IMG/VR virus record: IMGVR_UViG_3300025707_000003
Location: 32,001 to 96,000 of that record
Source: a virus
Lineage: Duplodnaviria; Caudoviricetes
Length of the DNA: 64,000 bases
Reading direction: 5' to 3' (one strand)
The notes beneath the pieces were generated by a model that saw only the letters and a program-made list of their open reading frames with translations, had not been told where the DNA came from and did no database searches. Position 1 is the stretch's first letter. Each line of letters opens with the position of its first letter. Positions 19,315 through 30,034 of the stretch are shown here, one piece after another. Position numbers and translations under genes: made by a program.

Positions 19315-21441
19315 ATGAGAGTTTTCAAGAACAAGTTCGCTAAAAAATGCCAAGTCTGCTCAGTACGAGTAGATGAGGGTCAAGGCTTCACCTATCAGCC
19401 TAATGGTGGTGCTTATACCACCATCTGCAACTCATCTCAGTGTGTGGACGCAAGTCCTGCACAGGTGAAGGCTCTCCTCTCAGCACCCTCTGTGCGAGAG
19501 ATCAACGCTCAAGGAGAGATCAAGATGCCCTATGAGGCTGAAGCTCTCCCCATCTTGCGTGGTATGCCAGGTGCGAGGTGGGATGGTGATCTGAAGTGTT
19601 GGACTGTAAGCCTCGCTCCGAAGGATCGTGAGCGTGTGATGGAAGGGGTTAAGCGTCTTAACCTCAGTTTCCCCATCGGGTTTGATGGTGTTCAGCACGA
19701 CAGCACTGTCTTAGACGCTATCACTCGTGCAAAGAGTGGTGGGGCGTACACCTATCAGCTTGATGGTGTGAAGTTCCTTAGTTCTCACGAAAACTGCCTC
19801 CTCGCAGATGACATGGGCTTGGGTAAGACACTCCAAGCTCTCATGGCTATCGAAGAGGGTGGTCGAGCAATCGTAATCTGCCCTGCAACCTTGAAGCTCA
19901 ATTGGGCGAACGAGGTTCGCAAATGGAGATCTGATCTCTCCCCAGTGGTCTGTAAAGGTCGCAAGGGTTTCAAACTCCCTCAAGCTAACGAGGTGGTCAT
20001 CATCAACTATGACATCTTGCCTACCGAGATGACCCCTACATCTCAGTGGGGCGATGACTCTGAGAATGTGCCACAAGCGTGGCGTGATGTACTTGCAAAG
20101 ACCGTCCTCATCGCTGATGAGGCACACCTCTGTAAGAGCCACAAAGCTATGCGTAGCAAGCGTACAAAGGTTTTGAGCAACCTCTGTCAGCGATCTTGGG
20201 CAATGACAGGGACTCCACTCTTGAGCAAGGGTTTTGACCTTTGGGGAGTGGTCAGCACCTTCGGAATGGGTCGCACAGTGTTTGGTGGATTCAAAGGGTT
20301 CATCAGAGACATGAACGGTTATAAGAACTATCATGGGGGGTATGAGTTCGGCACACCTAACCCATGTGTACCTGAGAAGCTCCGTAGGGTCATGCTTAGA
20401 CGACTCAAGACAGAGGTACTCACAAGCCTCCCTCCTAAGACTTACCAAGATGTACTTGTCGAGGTAGGCTCAAAGCGTCTGCTCAAGATGAGTGAGAAGA
20501 TGCTCAAGGCAATGAAAGAGCATGGCTCAAGCTCACTACCCGACTTTAGCGAGTTTAGTCGAATCCGAGCCGAGCTTGCAAAGTCTCGTATCTCTGCTCT
20601 TGAAGAGATGGTAGAGAGCTTTGAGGAGGCTAACGAGCCTGTGGTCGTGTTCTCAGCACATCGTGCCCCTATCGAAGCTATGGCGAAGCGTCATGGTTGG
20701 GCTGTCATCATGGGTGATACTCATCAGTCTGACCGAGAGGACGCAGTACAAGCCTTCCAAGCAGGTATGCTCAAGGGTATCGCTTGCACCATCAAGGCAG
20801 GTGGTGTCGGGATCACGCTCACCAAAGCAAGCAAGATGATCTTCTGTGATCAAGAGTGGAATCCAGCTCTTAATCTTCAAGCCGAAGACCGTATCTGTCG
20901 TATCGGTCAAACGGCACAAAACCTTCAGTACATCCGACTCGTCAGCGACTGTGCTATGGATCTCCATGTCCTTAAGCTCATCGACAAGAAGAAGGCTCTC
21001 ATCAAGGCTTCGATTGAGAAGGAATGTGGAGCTTTGACCTCTACCACTAGGACTAAGGGAGTGGCGATCAAACAAGAGACTCGCTCAGAGCGTGATGCAA
21101 GGGTAACTAAAGCTATCGCACAACAGGCTCAAAATGAGGTTCTAAGCCAAATCCCTGTGTGGACTAGTGTAATCCCCTCAAAGATCCTCAATCGTTCAGT
21201 AGACACTAATATACAAGCTCAAATCATCACTGCAAGTGAGGCTCTCGATGGAGCGTGTGATGGAGCGACTGATAAAGACGGAATGGGATTTAACAAACCC
21301 GATTCTTATGTGATGAAGAACATCAACTCAAGCGGTATGCTTCACGACCTCGACCAACAAGACCTCCTCAAGTACACATGGTCTAAGTTGATCAAATATC
21401 GAGGGCAAATCGGTCAAGTAGCACCAAGCCTGTTCATCTGA
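19315..21441 (+). CDS. SNF2-family (SF2) helicase
   Basis: LADDMGLGKT, IADEAH, MTGTP, RRLK, NLQAEDRICRIGQ motifs; Cys-rich N-terminus. Confidence 0.85.
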   Translation: MRVFKNKFAKKCQVCSVRVDEGQGFTYQPNGGAYTTICNSSQCVDASPAQVKALLSAPSVREINAQGEIKMPYEAEALPILRGMPGARWDGDLKCWTVSLAPKDRERVMEGVKRLNLSFPIGFDGVQHDSTVLDAITRAKSGGAYTYQLDGVKFLSSHENCLLADDMGLGKTLQALMAIEEGGRAIVICPATLKLNWANEVRKWRSDLSPVVCKGRKGFKLPQANEVVIINYDILPTEMTPTSQWGDDSENVPQAWRDVLAKTVLIADEAHLCKSHKAMRSKRTKVLSNLCQRSWAMTGTPLLSKGFDLWGVVSTFGMGRTVFGGFKGFIRDMNGYKNYHGGYEFGTPNPCVPEKLRRVMLRRLKTEVLTSLPPKTYQDVLVEVGSKRLLKMSEKMLKAMKEHGSSSLPDFSEFSRIRAELAKSRISALEEMVESFEEANEPVVVFSAHRAPIEAMAKRHGWAVIMGDTHQSDREDAVQAFQAGMLKGIACTIKAGGVGITLTKASKMIFCDQEWNPALNLQAEDRICRIGQTAQNLQYIRLVSDCAMDLHVLKLIDKKKALIKASIEKECGALTSTTRTKGVAIKQETRSERDARVTKAIAQQAQNEVLSQIPVWTSVIPSKILNRSVDTNIQAQIITASEALDGACDGATDKDGMGFNKPDSYVMKNINSSGMLHDLDQQDLLKYTWSKLIKYRGQIGQVAPSLFI

Positions 21442-21524
21442 AAGGAGAGCAAGAATGGATTTATAATAGCGTATTCATATAAGTATTAACACAACAACAA
21501 AACACTCTATAAGGAGAATCACAA

Positions 21525-23486
21525 ATGCCACACTCACCATTAACAGACAAAAACCCCACTCATTACTTGAAAAGGTTCGGGCGTGATGTCCATCCTTCTC
21601 AACACTTAAGAGAATTGGTACAAAACGCTATCGAGTCAGAAGCGACTAAGATTGACATCCTAAATGAACCCACATTAGCGAAAAAAGACATCCTCAAACT
21701 TTGTGTTCGAGATAACGGTGCGGGTATGACCGCAAGCGAGATGTACAAATACCTTGGTTCGATGAACTCAAGTTCTAAGTCATCGAACTCAGACCCACAC
21801 GAAAACTATGGGATTGGAGCTAAAGTTACAACTGCCCATAACAATCCTTATGGTGTGGTTTTTATGTCATGGACAAAGGGTAATCCTGTGGGGAACTTGG
21901 TCTGGCTTTCACTTGAAAATGATCGCTTTGGAATGAAGTCATTCCCTATCACAGATGAGTTTGAAGATGAAGATGGAGAGGTGTTCACTGAGACCTCAGA
22001 CATTGTTTCTTACATTGACGGTAAAGCCACGAATGTAATCCCACTCCACCATGAAGACTATGGAGACTTTACTGTGGATGGAGTAAACTGGAATAAACAT
22101 AAACCCAGATGTGGGCATGGTTCTGTCGTGGTTCTTATGGGTAAAAGTCTTGAGGACAACTCTTGGACTGATACTGAAGGTAAACTTTATTCTGCTAGGG
22201 GTGTTTCTCATTATCTCAATCAGAGATACGCATATATCCCCAAAGACACAAAGATTAAAGTGCTAAGAGGCAAGGGTAAATTACAATTACGGGTAGAGGG
22301 TCTACTAGCGACTTTTAGAGCAAAAGGATTCCTAAAAAGCCAATCGTTCGTTGAATGTCCAGATGGATTCAAAGTGGAAGTATTGATCACCGAAAAGCAT
22401 TCTACTTGGAGAGAAAAACAAGGCAAAGAGTCTCGCAAACAGTTTGGAGGAAGCTCTCCATTACTCAGTTTCTTTGAAGTCAAAGACATTGAAAAGGGTT
22501 TTGTAGCTGTTCAATACAAGAGTGAAAAGACTACCGAACTTTATAATATACAGAGGGGGATTAATACTGCTAGGGATTGGGGCTTGAGTTGTGAATCAGT
22601 GATCCCAAATGTGAAGTTAATCGTACACCCTCCACAGTTAGATGATACTAATCAAACTAAGGGAGTCTACCCGAATGAAGGTAGAGATCAGCTCTTGTGG
22701 CGAGACTATGGGAGTTTAAAGGGGTCGGGTCGTAAACTTGATCTTAGTAAAGTAAGAGAACACTTTATTAATAATATGCCCCAAGAGTTGAGATCCTTGA
22801 TCGACAATGCCTATGAAGGTTATCAAGGCAAGCAACTTGATATCACAAAGATCTTAAATCGCTGGAAAAGCATCTTTAAATCGAGAAATAATTTGGATGC
22901 TGTTATAGAGTCTCATGCTAAGGGAGATATTAACTTCGACCCCACAGGTATGGGGGGTACTAAAGAGTACGACAAAAAAGAGGTTGGAGACTCTAAAGGG
23001 GGGGTGCGTAAAGGACTTGAGAGCGGAGGACATGGGCATACGGGGGATGAAGAGAATAAAAAAGGCAAGGTTAAAGGTAGGAAAAGAAAGACAAAGAAGC
23101 AAAAAGACATCATTATCAGGTGGGAAACTAAAAGAGACATTGGATTTGATAGTACCAAGACAGAAGAAAAGTTCCTCTTCTTTGCAGTGGAAGACACTGA
23201 CAGGATCGTGGTAACTGGAAACCCAAACCATGACCTTATTAAAGAGGTACTAGCTTTCTTTGTGGTCGAGAATAAAAAAGTACCAAAAGTCTTCATCCAT
23301 GAGACAATAAAAGAGGTATATGAGGGTGAACTTCAATCTTACATCTTACACCTTCTTAACTTCAATAAGAAGAAAGGCTCTTCTGTCACCCCTTATCTCA
23401 CCCACGAGACATTACAATCTAAGTTTATGGGGTGTCATATGCTATGGGGGAAAATTTCAAGGAAGATCAACAATAGGTTTAGATGA
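21525..23486 (+). CDS. GHKL (HSP90/MORC/MutL-like) ATPase
   Basis: ELVQNAIES, RDNGAGM and ENYGIGAK Bergerat-fold motifs. Confidence 0.7.
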   Translation: MPHSPLTDKNPTHYLKRFGRDVHPSQHLRELVQNAIESEATKIDILNEPTLAKKDILKLCVRDNGAGMTASEMYKYLGSMNSSSKSSNSDPHENYGIGAKVTTAHNNPYGVVFMSWTKGNPVGNLVWLSLENDRFGMKSFPITDEFEDEDGEVFTETSDIVSYIDGKATNVIPLHHEDYGDFTVDGVNWNKHKPRCGHGSVVVLMGKSLEDNSWTDTEGKLYSARGVSHYLNQRYAYIPKDTKIKVLRGKGKLQLRVEGLLATFRAKGFLKSQSFVECPDGFKVEVLITEKHSTWREKQGKESRKQFGGSSPLLSFFEVKDIEKGFVAVQYKSEKTTELYNIQRGINTARDWGLSCESVIPNVKLIVHPPQLDDTNQTKGVYPNEGRDQLLWRDYGSLKGSGRKLDLSKVREHFINNMPQELRSLIDNAYEGYQGKQLDITKILNRWKSIFKSRNNLDAVIESHAKGDINFDPTGMGGTKEYDKKEVGDSKGGVRKGLESGGHGHTGDEENKKGKVKGRKRKTKKQKDIIIRWETKRDIGFDSTKTEEKFLFFAVEDTDRIVVTGNPNHDLIKEVLAFFVVENKKVPKVFIHETIKEVYEGELQSYILHLLNFNKKKGSSVTPYLTHETLQSKFMGCHMLWGKISRKINNRFR

Positions 23487-25904
23487 TTAACTGCACTTCC
23501 CATAACCACAATCGGTACATGAAACACACCCGTCTTGATAGATCAACGAGTCGTTTCCACAGTCATCACATCTTTTATCACTGGGTACTTCTCCGTTCTC
23601 TATATACCCTTTCAAGATACGAGCAATGCACTTACTGAAGCTGAACATATCGCTGTTTCGATCTTTCAAGAGTTGCTCGACCATAAACTTAGCTTTTGCT
23701 CCATGTCTCAAACCTAATGAGATCATACGAGCAAAGGCTAAGTTATTTGGGTTATTGAAGACTGAGACTACATCCTTTATGACTAGCCCTTCATCTCCAA
23801 TATGCAGATCATACTTACCGTTTTGAGTTTTGAACTGACGCTTAGAGATTTTCCCTGTGGTGTACTTCTTAGGGATCTCTATCAAACTCGCTTTCCCCCC
23901 AAATATCTCATATGGTTTATCTTCAAGCAACCCGACTAAAATGATCCATTTCTCACTTTGAATCTGAGAGTAATGAATATCACACTCAAGTAGAGCAGGT
24001 CGTTTTGGAGCTTGGTTTTGTGGGAAAGTTTCTTTTTCTTTCTTTGTCACCAAGACACCAGATCTTGAACCATCAACATAAACAGTGACCCCTTTTAACT
24101 TTAGTCTCCAAGATTTCAAGTATATTTCACTGACCGTTTCCTCTGTCGTGTCTGAGGGGAGATTTATTGTGGATGAGATAGCATGGTCAATATGCTGTTG
24201 AATGGTTGCCTGGATCTCTACTCTTTTTTCCCATTTGATATTCTGACTTTCAGTGAAGAAATCTGGTAATGGTTGATCTGGATTTAATGTTTTCCACTCT
24301 AAGATGTTGTGGTGGAACACTTCGTACTCATCCCAAACATCACCGACATCATCTACAAAACTTTTTTCAGTTTTGTTCTTCTCTTCAATCTTCCTTCTTC
24401 GCACATAAGAATTACGAAAGACGGGTTCTAATCCAGAACTTGTCTGAGACATTAGAGAAACACTACCTGTTGGAGCGTTAGTCAAGATGCTGATGTTTCT
24501 TCGCCCATGCAGTTTGATCCCATCTTGGATTTCTTGAGGAAGAGACTTTATGAAGAGGTTGTCTTTTTCTAAGTCATAATTGAAAGCTGGGAACGCACCT
24601 CGTTCTTGAGCTAGGTTTATGCTCTCTTTATACGCTTCACATTTAAGAGTCTTGTAGATCTCATCTGTTATTTTTAAAGCCTCATCACTATCATAGGGAA
24701 GATTAAGCCTAGCGAGTGCGTCAGCTAATCCATGAGTTCCTAATCCTGTGCGTCTACCATTTTCACAAGCAGTCAGTAGCTTTCCCCATAGGCTCTTTTC
24801 ATCTTCGGTGTCTGATATTTGAATCAGGTTAGAGAGCTTTTCTAATTCTAACTCTACAAGATCATCGGAGAGTCTCATCGCACTTTGTACCGTTTTTGAG
24901 AAGTCCTCAAAGTTAAAAGCGGGATACTCTTCAAACGCATTTAGCACAAAGTGTTTCAGGTTGATGGAAATCAACCTACAAGAGTCATAAGCGGACAAGG
25001 GGATTTCGGCACAAGGATTTGTGCATATCGTTTTGAACTCTGGATATGCATTTGCAGGTAGGTAGTTTAAAATGTTATCCCACATCAAGAGTCCAGGTTC
25101 TGCTGTAGTTTTAGCCGAACGAACAATTGTTTCCCATAGATCCTTCGCAGAAATCGTCTTTGTATGTGTTGGGGATTCACTCTCCACAGGATACTGGAGT
25201 GTGAAATCTGAATCAGACTCCACGGCCTTCATGAACTCATCATTGATCCTGATGCTAATGTTAGCACCTGTCACTTTTGTGAGGTCATTCTTCATTGTGG
25301 TGAAGTTTTCGATGTCGGGGTGTCTGATGTCCATAGAGAGCATCAAAGCTCCTCTTCGACCATTCTGACCAACCATGCGACAGACATGACTGTAGAAGTC
25401 GGCAAAGCTCCAAGCACCAGTAGTTGTACCCGCTGAATTTGAAACTTTAGAACCAGAGGGTCTTAATGAACTCAAATCGAGTCCAACACCACACCTTCTT
25501 TTAAAGAGGTTAGCGAGATCTCGCCCTGCATTCATGATGCTACTCATGTCATCACTTGGAGACTCCACAACCACACAATTTGAGAGAGAGGTATTTATTT
25601 GGTTGTTACCGATCCCCATCATAGGAGATCCTTGAGGTACGATCTTCTTAAAATCTTTTAACAAGTCATAGATGTCTTCCTCACTCATTTGTCCATCATT
25701 GGAAAACTTTGATTCGATCCTCGCAAATTCTGCACTTAATCTCTGGTGCATTTGATCTGGAGTTACCTCTAAGAACTCCCCATGCTTATTCTTCAACGCA
25801 TACTTTGAAACCCAGACCTGACTTGCCAAAGAATCCCCGTTAAAGTACCTTAATGATTCTTCGGACACCTTACTTAAAGAATACTCACCATTCATTATCC
25901 ACAT
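23487..25904 (-). CDS. nrdJ: Class II (B12-dependent) ribonucleotide reductase
   Basis: TNPCAEI active-site motif, NAPTGSVS, C-terminal CxxC...CxxC domain; no NrdB-like partner adjacent. Confidence 0.8.
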   Translation of the reverse strand: MWIMNGEYSLSKVSEESLRYFNGDSLASQVWVSKYALKNKHGEFLEVTPDQMHQRLSAEFARIESKFSNDGQMSEEDIYDLLKDFKKIVPQGSPMMGIGNNQINTSLSNCVVVESPSDDMSSIMNAGRDLANLFKRRCGVGLDLSSLRPSGSKVSNSAGTTTGAWSFADFYSHVCRMVGQNGRRGALMLSMDIRHPDIENFTTMKNDLTKVTGANISIRINDEFMKAVESDSDFTLQYPVESESPTHTKTISAKDLWETIVRSAKTTAEPGLLMWDNILNYLPANAYPEFKTICTNPCAEIPLSAYDSCRLISINLKHFVLNAFEEYPAFNFEDFSKTVQSAMRLSDDLVELELEKLSNLIQISDTEDEKSLWGKLLTACENGRRTGLGTHGLADALARLNLPYDSDEALKITDEIYKTLKCEAYKESINLAQERGAFPAFNYDLEKDNLFIKSLPQEIQDGIKLHGRRNISILTNAPTGSVSLMSQTSSGLEPVFRNSYVRRRKIEEKNKTEKSFVDDVGDVWDEYEVFHHNILEWKTLNPDQPLPDFFTESQNIKWEKRVEIQATIQQHIDHAISSTINLPSDTTEETVSEIYLKSWRLKLKGVTVYVDGSRSGVLVTKKEKETFPQNQAPKRPALLECDIHYSQIQSEKWIILVGLLEDKPYEIFGGKASLIEIPKKYTTGKISKRQFKTQNGKYDLHIGDEGLVIKDVVSVFNNPNNLAFARMISLGLRHGAKAKFMVEQLLKDRNSDMFSFSKCIARILKGYIENGEVPSDKRCDDCGNDSLIYQDGCVSCTDCGYGKCS

Positions 25905-26007
25905 ACCTTTCGATGTTTAGAAACTTAGTTCAAAAATAAGTTTGTTGAACCCCCCACCTTAAAAAGTACCAACCAAAGGAGGGTTTCAAAGAGGGTGTAT
26001 TTATTAA

Positions 26008-26943
26008 CTATAAAATACCAAGCACTCCGACTTTAAATTTCAACCAGGAACTCCTACCACCAGAAACCACATTGTTTTCGCACTCATAAAGCACATTTAG
26101 AAGTCTTCTCAGATTAACAACCCCCCCAAAAGTATAAATCTTGGGTGTCATAAAGTTTTTTATGGCATAAGGATTTTTCCCTAAATCTTCTGCGATATGA
26201 TCCAAAGACATCTTTGCTTCCACTCGCAGACCTACCTCAAGTAGGTTGATACAGTTCGACAATAAGATCCCATTACAGACTGCCATCGTTTGATCTGTCT
26301 TGGACGAACGCTCTATCTTTTCACAAACCTTGATGAACGCTTTATGATTCCTCTCCATGATCGCATTTGAAAGATCAATAAAGCTCGCTTCTGTTAAGTC
26401 AGAAATCAAGTTCATTACAATGTTGGGAGTGATCTCTTCTTCTTCCCCCACTGCATAAACATATTTGACGACTTCCCATCGTAAAGCACCAAGATCAATC
26501 CCTACACGATTAACAATTGCACGACACAACACAGGGTCGATCTTCTTCGCATACTTTCCAACATACTTATGCAACCAATCACTCGCCCATTCTTTTTTCT
26601 GATCCTCATATTGAGGTTCGTCTAGTTTACGATTCAGATAACCTTCTAAGGCTTTCGGTAAACGATCATTCGTGTGAACTACTAAGACCTCACTACCACT
26701 CCTCGATTTGAGGTGCTGTTCTAACTTCTTGTTCTTTGTTGGATTGGTCAACACCACAAAGATCGGGTCGGTATCAAATAAACCAGATTCAAAAGATGAT
26801 GTAAGATCATCTGTCTTAGCGTCTACCTCACGAACATCATATCCATTAGCCCGATACTCAAGGGTGATGTCTCTAGCTGTCAACTCAATCCACTGTTTTG
26901 ATGACCCATATAAGACCATCACATTCTCATCATTCCCTCTCAT
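26008..26943 (-). CDS. DNA polymerase III delta (HolA)-like clamp-loader subunit
   Basis: 311 aa; VGIDLGALRWEVVK resembles the HolA G.dl..l..EleK motif; C-terminal lid and collar helices. Confidence 0.6.
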   Translation of the reverse strand: MRGNDENVMVLYGSSKQWIELTARDITLEYRANGYDVREVDAKTDDLTSSFESGLFDTDPIFVVLTNPTKNKKLEQHLKSRSGSEVLVVHTNDRLPKALEGYLNRKLDEPQYEDQKKEWASDWLHKYVGKYAKKIDPVLCRAIVNRVGIDLGALRWEVVKYVYAVGEEEEITPNIVMNLISDLTEASFIDLSNAIMERNHKAFIKVCEKIERSSKTDQTMAVCNGILLSNCINLLEVGLRVEAKMSLDHIAEDLGKNPYAIKNFMTPKIYTFGGVVNLRRLLNVLYECENNVVSGGRSSWLKFKVGVLGIL

Positions 26944-27524
26944 TATTTAACCCCCAAGAAATAACCATATACGCACACTTTGCGTATATGAGGTCGTTTA
27001 AGGACTGCTTTAAGTTCATCGTCATAACGCTCTACCAACCCCTCATCAACCAACACATCCACATATGCTTCAAGAAAAGCTCTATGTTGCCCCTTTTCGA
27101 TCTTTTTAAGACAATCAGATACTAGGACAAGGTTTTCATCTAAAGTAGCCTTAGAGAGCGTTTTAGCGTCCTCATAAAGTGGGTGTTGAGGTTGAGGCTG
27201 ATAATGAAACCTCTCCCCACATCTTGAACGAATGGTTTCGGGTACAGAACCATAGTCTCTAGCCCATAAGATCAGTTCGGGGGCTGAGGGGTAGGGTTCT
27301 TCAATCCTCTTAAGTAAGATATCTAAGGTTTGAGGATTCGCTTCGTCAAGAGGACCTGCTACTAAGAGAGGATTATCATGAGGCCAAACTTGAGAGTACA
27401 TCTCCACAAGCTCTTTAACAGCGTCAGTCTTTAAGTCTTGATAGGGAGGTTTGATGAGGGTTTTCCCCTCCATGAGGTCAGATAAAGCCCTCTCTACTCC
27501 CGATCCATGATGTATAAACAGCAT
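26943..27524 (-). CDS. Clamp-loader delta-prime (HolB)-like subunit
   Basis: LDILLKRIEEP and VPETIRSRC (SRC motif) typical of clamp-loader AAA+ subunits. Confidence 0.6.
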   Translation of the reverse strand: MLFIHHGSGVERALSDLMEGKTLIKPPYQDLKTDAVKELVEMYSQVWPHDNPLLVAGPLDEANPQTLDILLKRIEEPYPSAPELILWARDYGSVPETIRSRCGERFHYQPQPQHPLYEDAKTLSKATLDENLVLVSDCLKKIEKGQHRAFLEAYVDVLVDEGLVERYDDELKAVLKRPHIRKVCVYGYFLGVK

Positions 27525-28222
27525 ATAGTCTCCTTTCTTTTACTCTTATAGGTTTTACCCTTTACATCAACTCGTAAGTTTCATATAAGAGTGATCGTGT
27601 CATCCCTTTGGGGAGTTGTCTCTAGTCCTCTTAAGTGAGATCAAGACAGGAGATGGATAACAACCATTAGGTGGGATAGTCTACTTGTAGTACGCACCTA
27701 ACGACACAAGATTAACTGTTCATACGCCGTGGCTTACATATATCCCTAACCTCTTAGTCGAGATTGGGTATGCTCCAGGGGAGAAGATCTGACTTAATAC
27801 ACTTGTTAAGTTTCATTCTAGGAATACCTCAACTAGATCAGATTAGTCTCTTGCCCGTAACTTACATTAGATACTCTTTAGAGTAGATAAACTCTTAGAG
27901 GAGTATACTCTAAGAGTTAGTAAGATACGAAGTATCGCTAGAGTTAAAAATAATACTAAGAAAAAAACTACAACAACTTTAACTGTTACAAGTTCAAGTT
28001 CTACATCTACGAATATAGCTTCAGCTAATATGAGTTCTTCTACTATATGTCCTATAACATCTTAACCTACATCTTCTACATCTTCGATTCTTCCAGATGT
28101 ATGTCTTTTAAAGACACCTTATCAGTAAGGATAAGGTATCAAAAGATAGTATTTCCTCTTAGTAAACAGAGGAAATACGATATAATCTCTCTAAGATACT
28201 AAGAGAGAGATTAATAGAAAAA
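27525..28222. other. ~700 bp non-coding region with several hairpins (candidate origin or regulatory/ncRNA region)
   Basis: No ORF of 60 aa or more; inverted repeats 27890-27918 (11 bp), 28149-28178 (11 bp), 28183-28213 (10 bp); lies between divergent gene blocks. Confidence 0.4.
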
Positions 28223-28546
28223 ATGAAATTAATAGAAATCAACCTATCTGGAACAAAGGAAGAAAAGGTAAAGAGTTTATGTGAAGCTCTTAGCAGGAGG
28301 TTCTCAGGTTGTACTCTCTACAGGACTATCGGTTATTGGAGTGATGAGGGTTATCTGTTTAAGGAATCTTATGAGGGTATCAAAGAGGAACAGGGGTATG
28401 GGATAAAGGTCTTAATAGAAGAAGATCTTGATCAAGTGGAAAAGATCATAAGAACCTACTTATCGGAAACAGAAATAAACTGGGTTCAAGTAGTCTCTTA
28501 TAGGGTAGATATTCATCATGTAAACTTGGGGAGTTTAAGGGGGTAG
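28223..28546 (+). CDS. Hypothetical protein
   Basis: 107 aa ORF. Confidence 0.55.
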   Translation: MKLIEINLSGTKEEKVKSLCEALSRRFSGCTLYRTIGYWSDEGYLFKESYEGIKEEQGYGIKVLIEEDLDQVEKIIRTYLSETEINWVQVVSYRVDIHHVNLGSLRG

Positions 28547-28594
28547 TTCATATAAAGGTAAGTGAACTACCGACCTAAAAGGAGACTCACCCTT

Positions 28595-28942
28595 ATGAGT
28601 GATGTAAAAGATTTAAAAGAGCAGATCGTTCGTATCCGAAATTATACTGAGATTTCACAAATCACAGTCAGTCGAAGTGTAAAGATGCCTAGAGGTGGGG
28701 GGGATGTTTTTGTATCATTAACAGGCAACTATGGGGATCAAAATGAGTGTGTTGGTCCAGGTCTAAGTTTAGAGGATGCAAGGGTTGCAACTCATTTACT
28801 TGGACTTGAAGCAAATATCATGGCTTTTCAACAAGCTCATTCAGCAGGTATCTTATCGGGGGAGCAATGCGAGAGTGCTATCCGACACACAAAGAACAAC
28901 TTTGGTCAGCTCCTTATGAACCTAGATGGAGATAAAAAATGA
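28595..28942 (+). CDS. Hypothetical protein
   Basis: Start reassigned to ATG 28595 after the AGGAG RBS. Confidence 0.65.
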   Translation: MSDVKDLKEQIVRIRNYTEISQITVSRSVKMPRGGGDVFVSLTGNYGDQNECVGPGLSLEDARVATHLLGLEANIMAFQQAHSAGILSGEQCESAIRHTKNNFGQLLMNLDGDKK

Positions 28943-29778
28943 TTGAACAAGCGTATATTGATCGCATTTATGCACGACTTACGGAGATGGATGTCGTGTT
29001 AGACGCAGATCCTATTGAGTTTGGGCCTAGTCGGTTAAATTATAAAGTGTCTATCGTGCGTGGACACCTTTCCTCGACTGAAAAGATTTTCATGGAAGTC
29101 AGCCATAACCTCCAAAAATTCAAGCGTGATCTGTTGATCAAAAATACCGAGTATTCACTTGAGCAAACACAGCTCATTGCTAATGATCCTCATGTGCGTT
29201 CGGGTCGATCTCAAAAAGAGCGAGAAGCCTTAGCGGCAACTCGACTTGTCCATATCCAATCTAAGATCAACGACCACACGCTCTCCTCACATGACCTTGA
29301 GGACTTGATGACGGTTATCAAGGCAAAGCGTACAGACCTTAAAGACATTCAAGGTCGATTACGAGATCAGCTCAAGTTATGCCAAGAACAGATCGCTCTT
29401 GGACAGCGTTGGGGTTCAAAGACAATGACCTCTAAGACATTCAATGATCCGAATGTTATCTCTACTGAAGTCAACACAGCTAAACTTGTCGATCAGTTTA
29501 TCACTCAGCGTCAAAACGCAGAAGCCAAAGTCGACCAGCAGGCTGAACAAATGACACAGGCAGAGCAACTATCAGTCAAGCGAGAATCAATATCTGCTGA
29601 TGATGAACTTGCAGTCGCTTTGGCTCAAGCACCAACAGAAAGCACCCCTTTAAATGGCACAAATACCACAGCCAATGAGGATGAGATCAATGGCTTTGTA
29701 AAGACTCCTTTGGAGGATATTGATACGAATGTTGATGCGATTGACCTTGACGACCTTTTTGCTGAGTTTGGTGGGTAG
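28939..29778 (+). CDS. Coiled-coil protein with acidic tail, possibly a UvsY-like recombination mediator
   Basis: Helical N-terminus with SQKEREALA; acidic C-terminus DLDDLFAEFGG; function is a weak guess. Confidence 0.5.
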   Translation: MIEQAYIDRIYARLTEMDVVLDADPIEFGPSRLNYKVSIVRGHLSSTEKIFMEVSHNLQKFKRDLLIKNTEYSLEQTQLIANDPHVRSGRSQKEREALAATRLVHIQSKINDHTLSSHDLEDLMTVIKAKRTDLKDIQGRLRDQLKLCQEQIALGQRWGSKTMTSKTFNDPNVISTEVNTAKLVDQFITQRQNAEAKVDQQAEQMTQAEQLSVKRESISADDELAVALAQAPTESTPLNGTNTTANEDEINGFVKTPLEDIDTNVDAIDLDDLFAEFGG

Positions 29779-29825
29779 GACACTCAAGGTAGAGTTCTTT
29801 TGCATTGAGCATGACCTGAAGGGCA

Positions 29826-29978
29826 TTAAACAAATCTTATAGAAGAGACTCGATAAAGAAGATTTAAGGGTTCGTCTTTGAACCTTTTTCTTGTCTCTTT
29901 GATTTCTCTGACTGGCTTCGCTGAATCTTCGCTACAACAAAGCGTACAGCATATCAATAGTATATAAGTCAGTTTCAT
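29826..29978 (-). CDS. Small 50 aa signal-peptide or lipoprotein-like ORF (not in ORF track)
   Basis: Manual translation MKLTYILLICCTLCCSEDSAKPVREIKE... Confidence 0.3.
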   Translation of the reverse strand: MKLTYILLICCTLCCSEDSAKPVREIKETRKRFKDEPLNLLYRVSSIRFV

Positions 29979-30034
29979 CAGAAAAACCCCCCATTGTTAA
30001 ATTATGAACATAGGGAGTATTTAATGATTATAAA

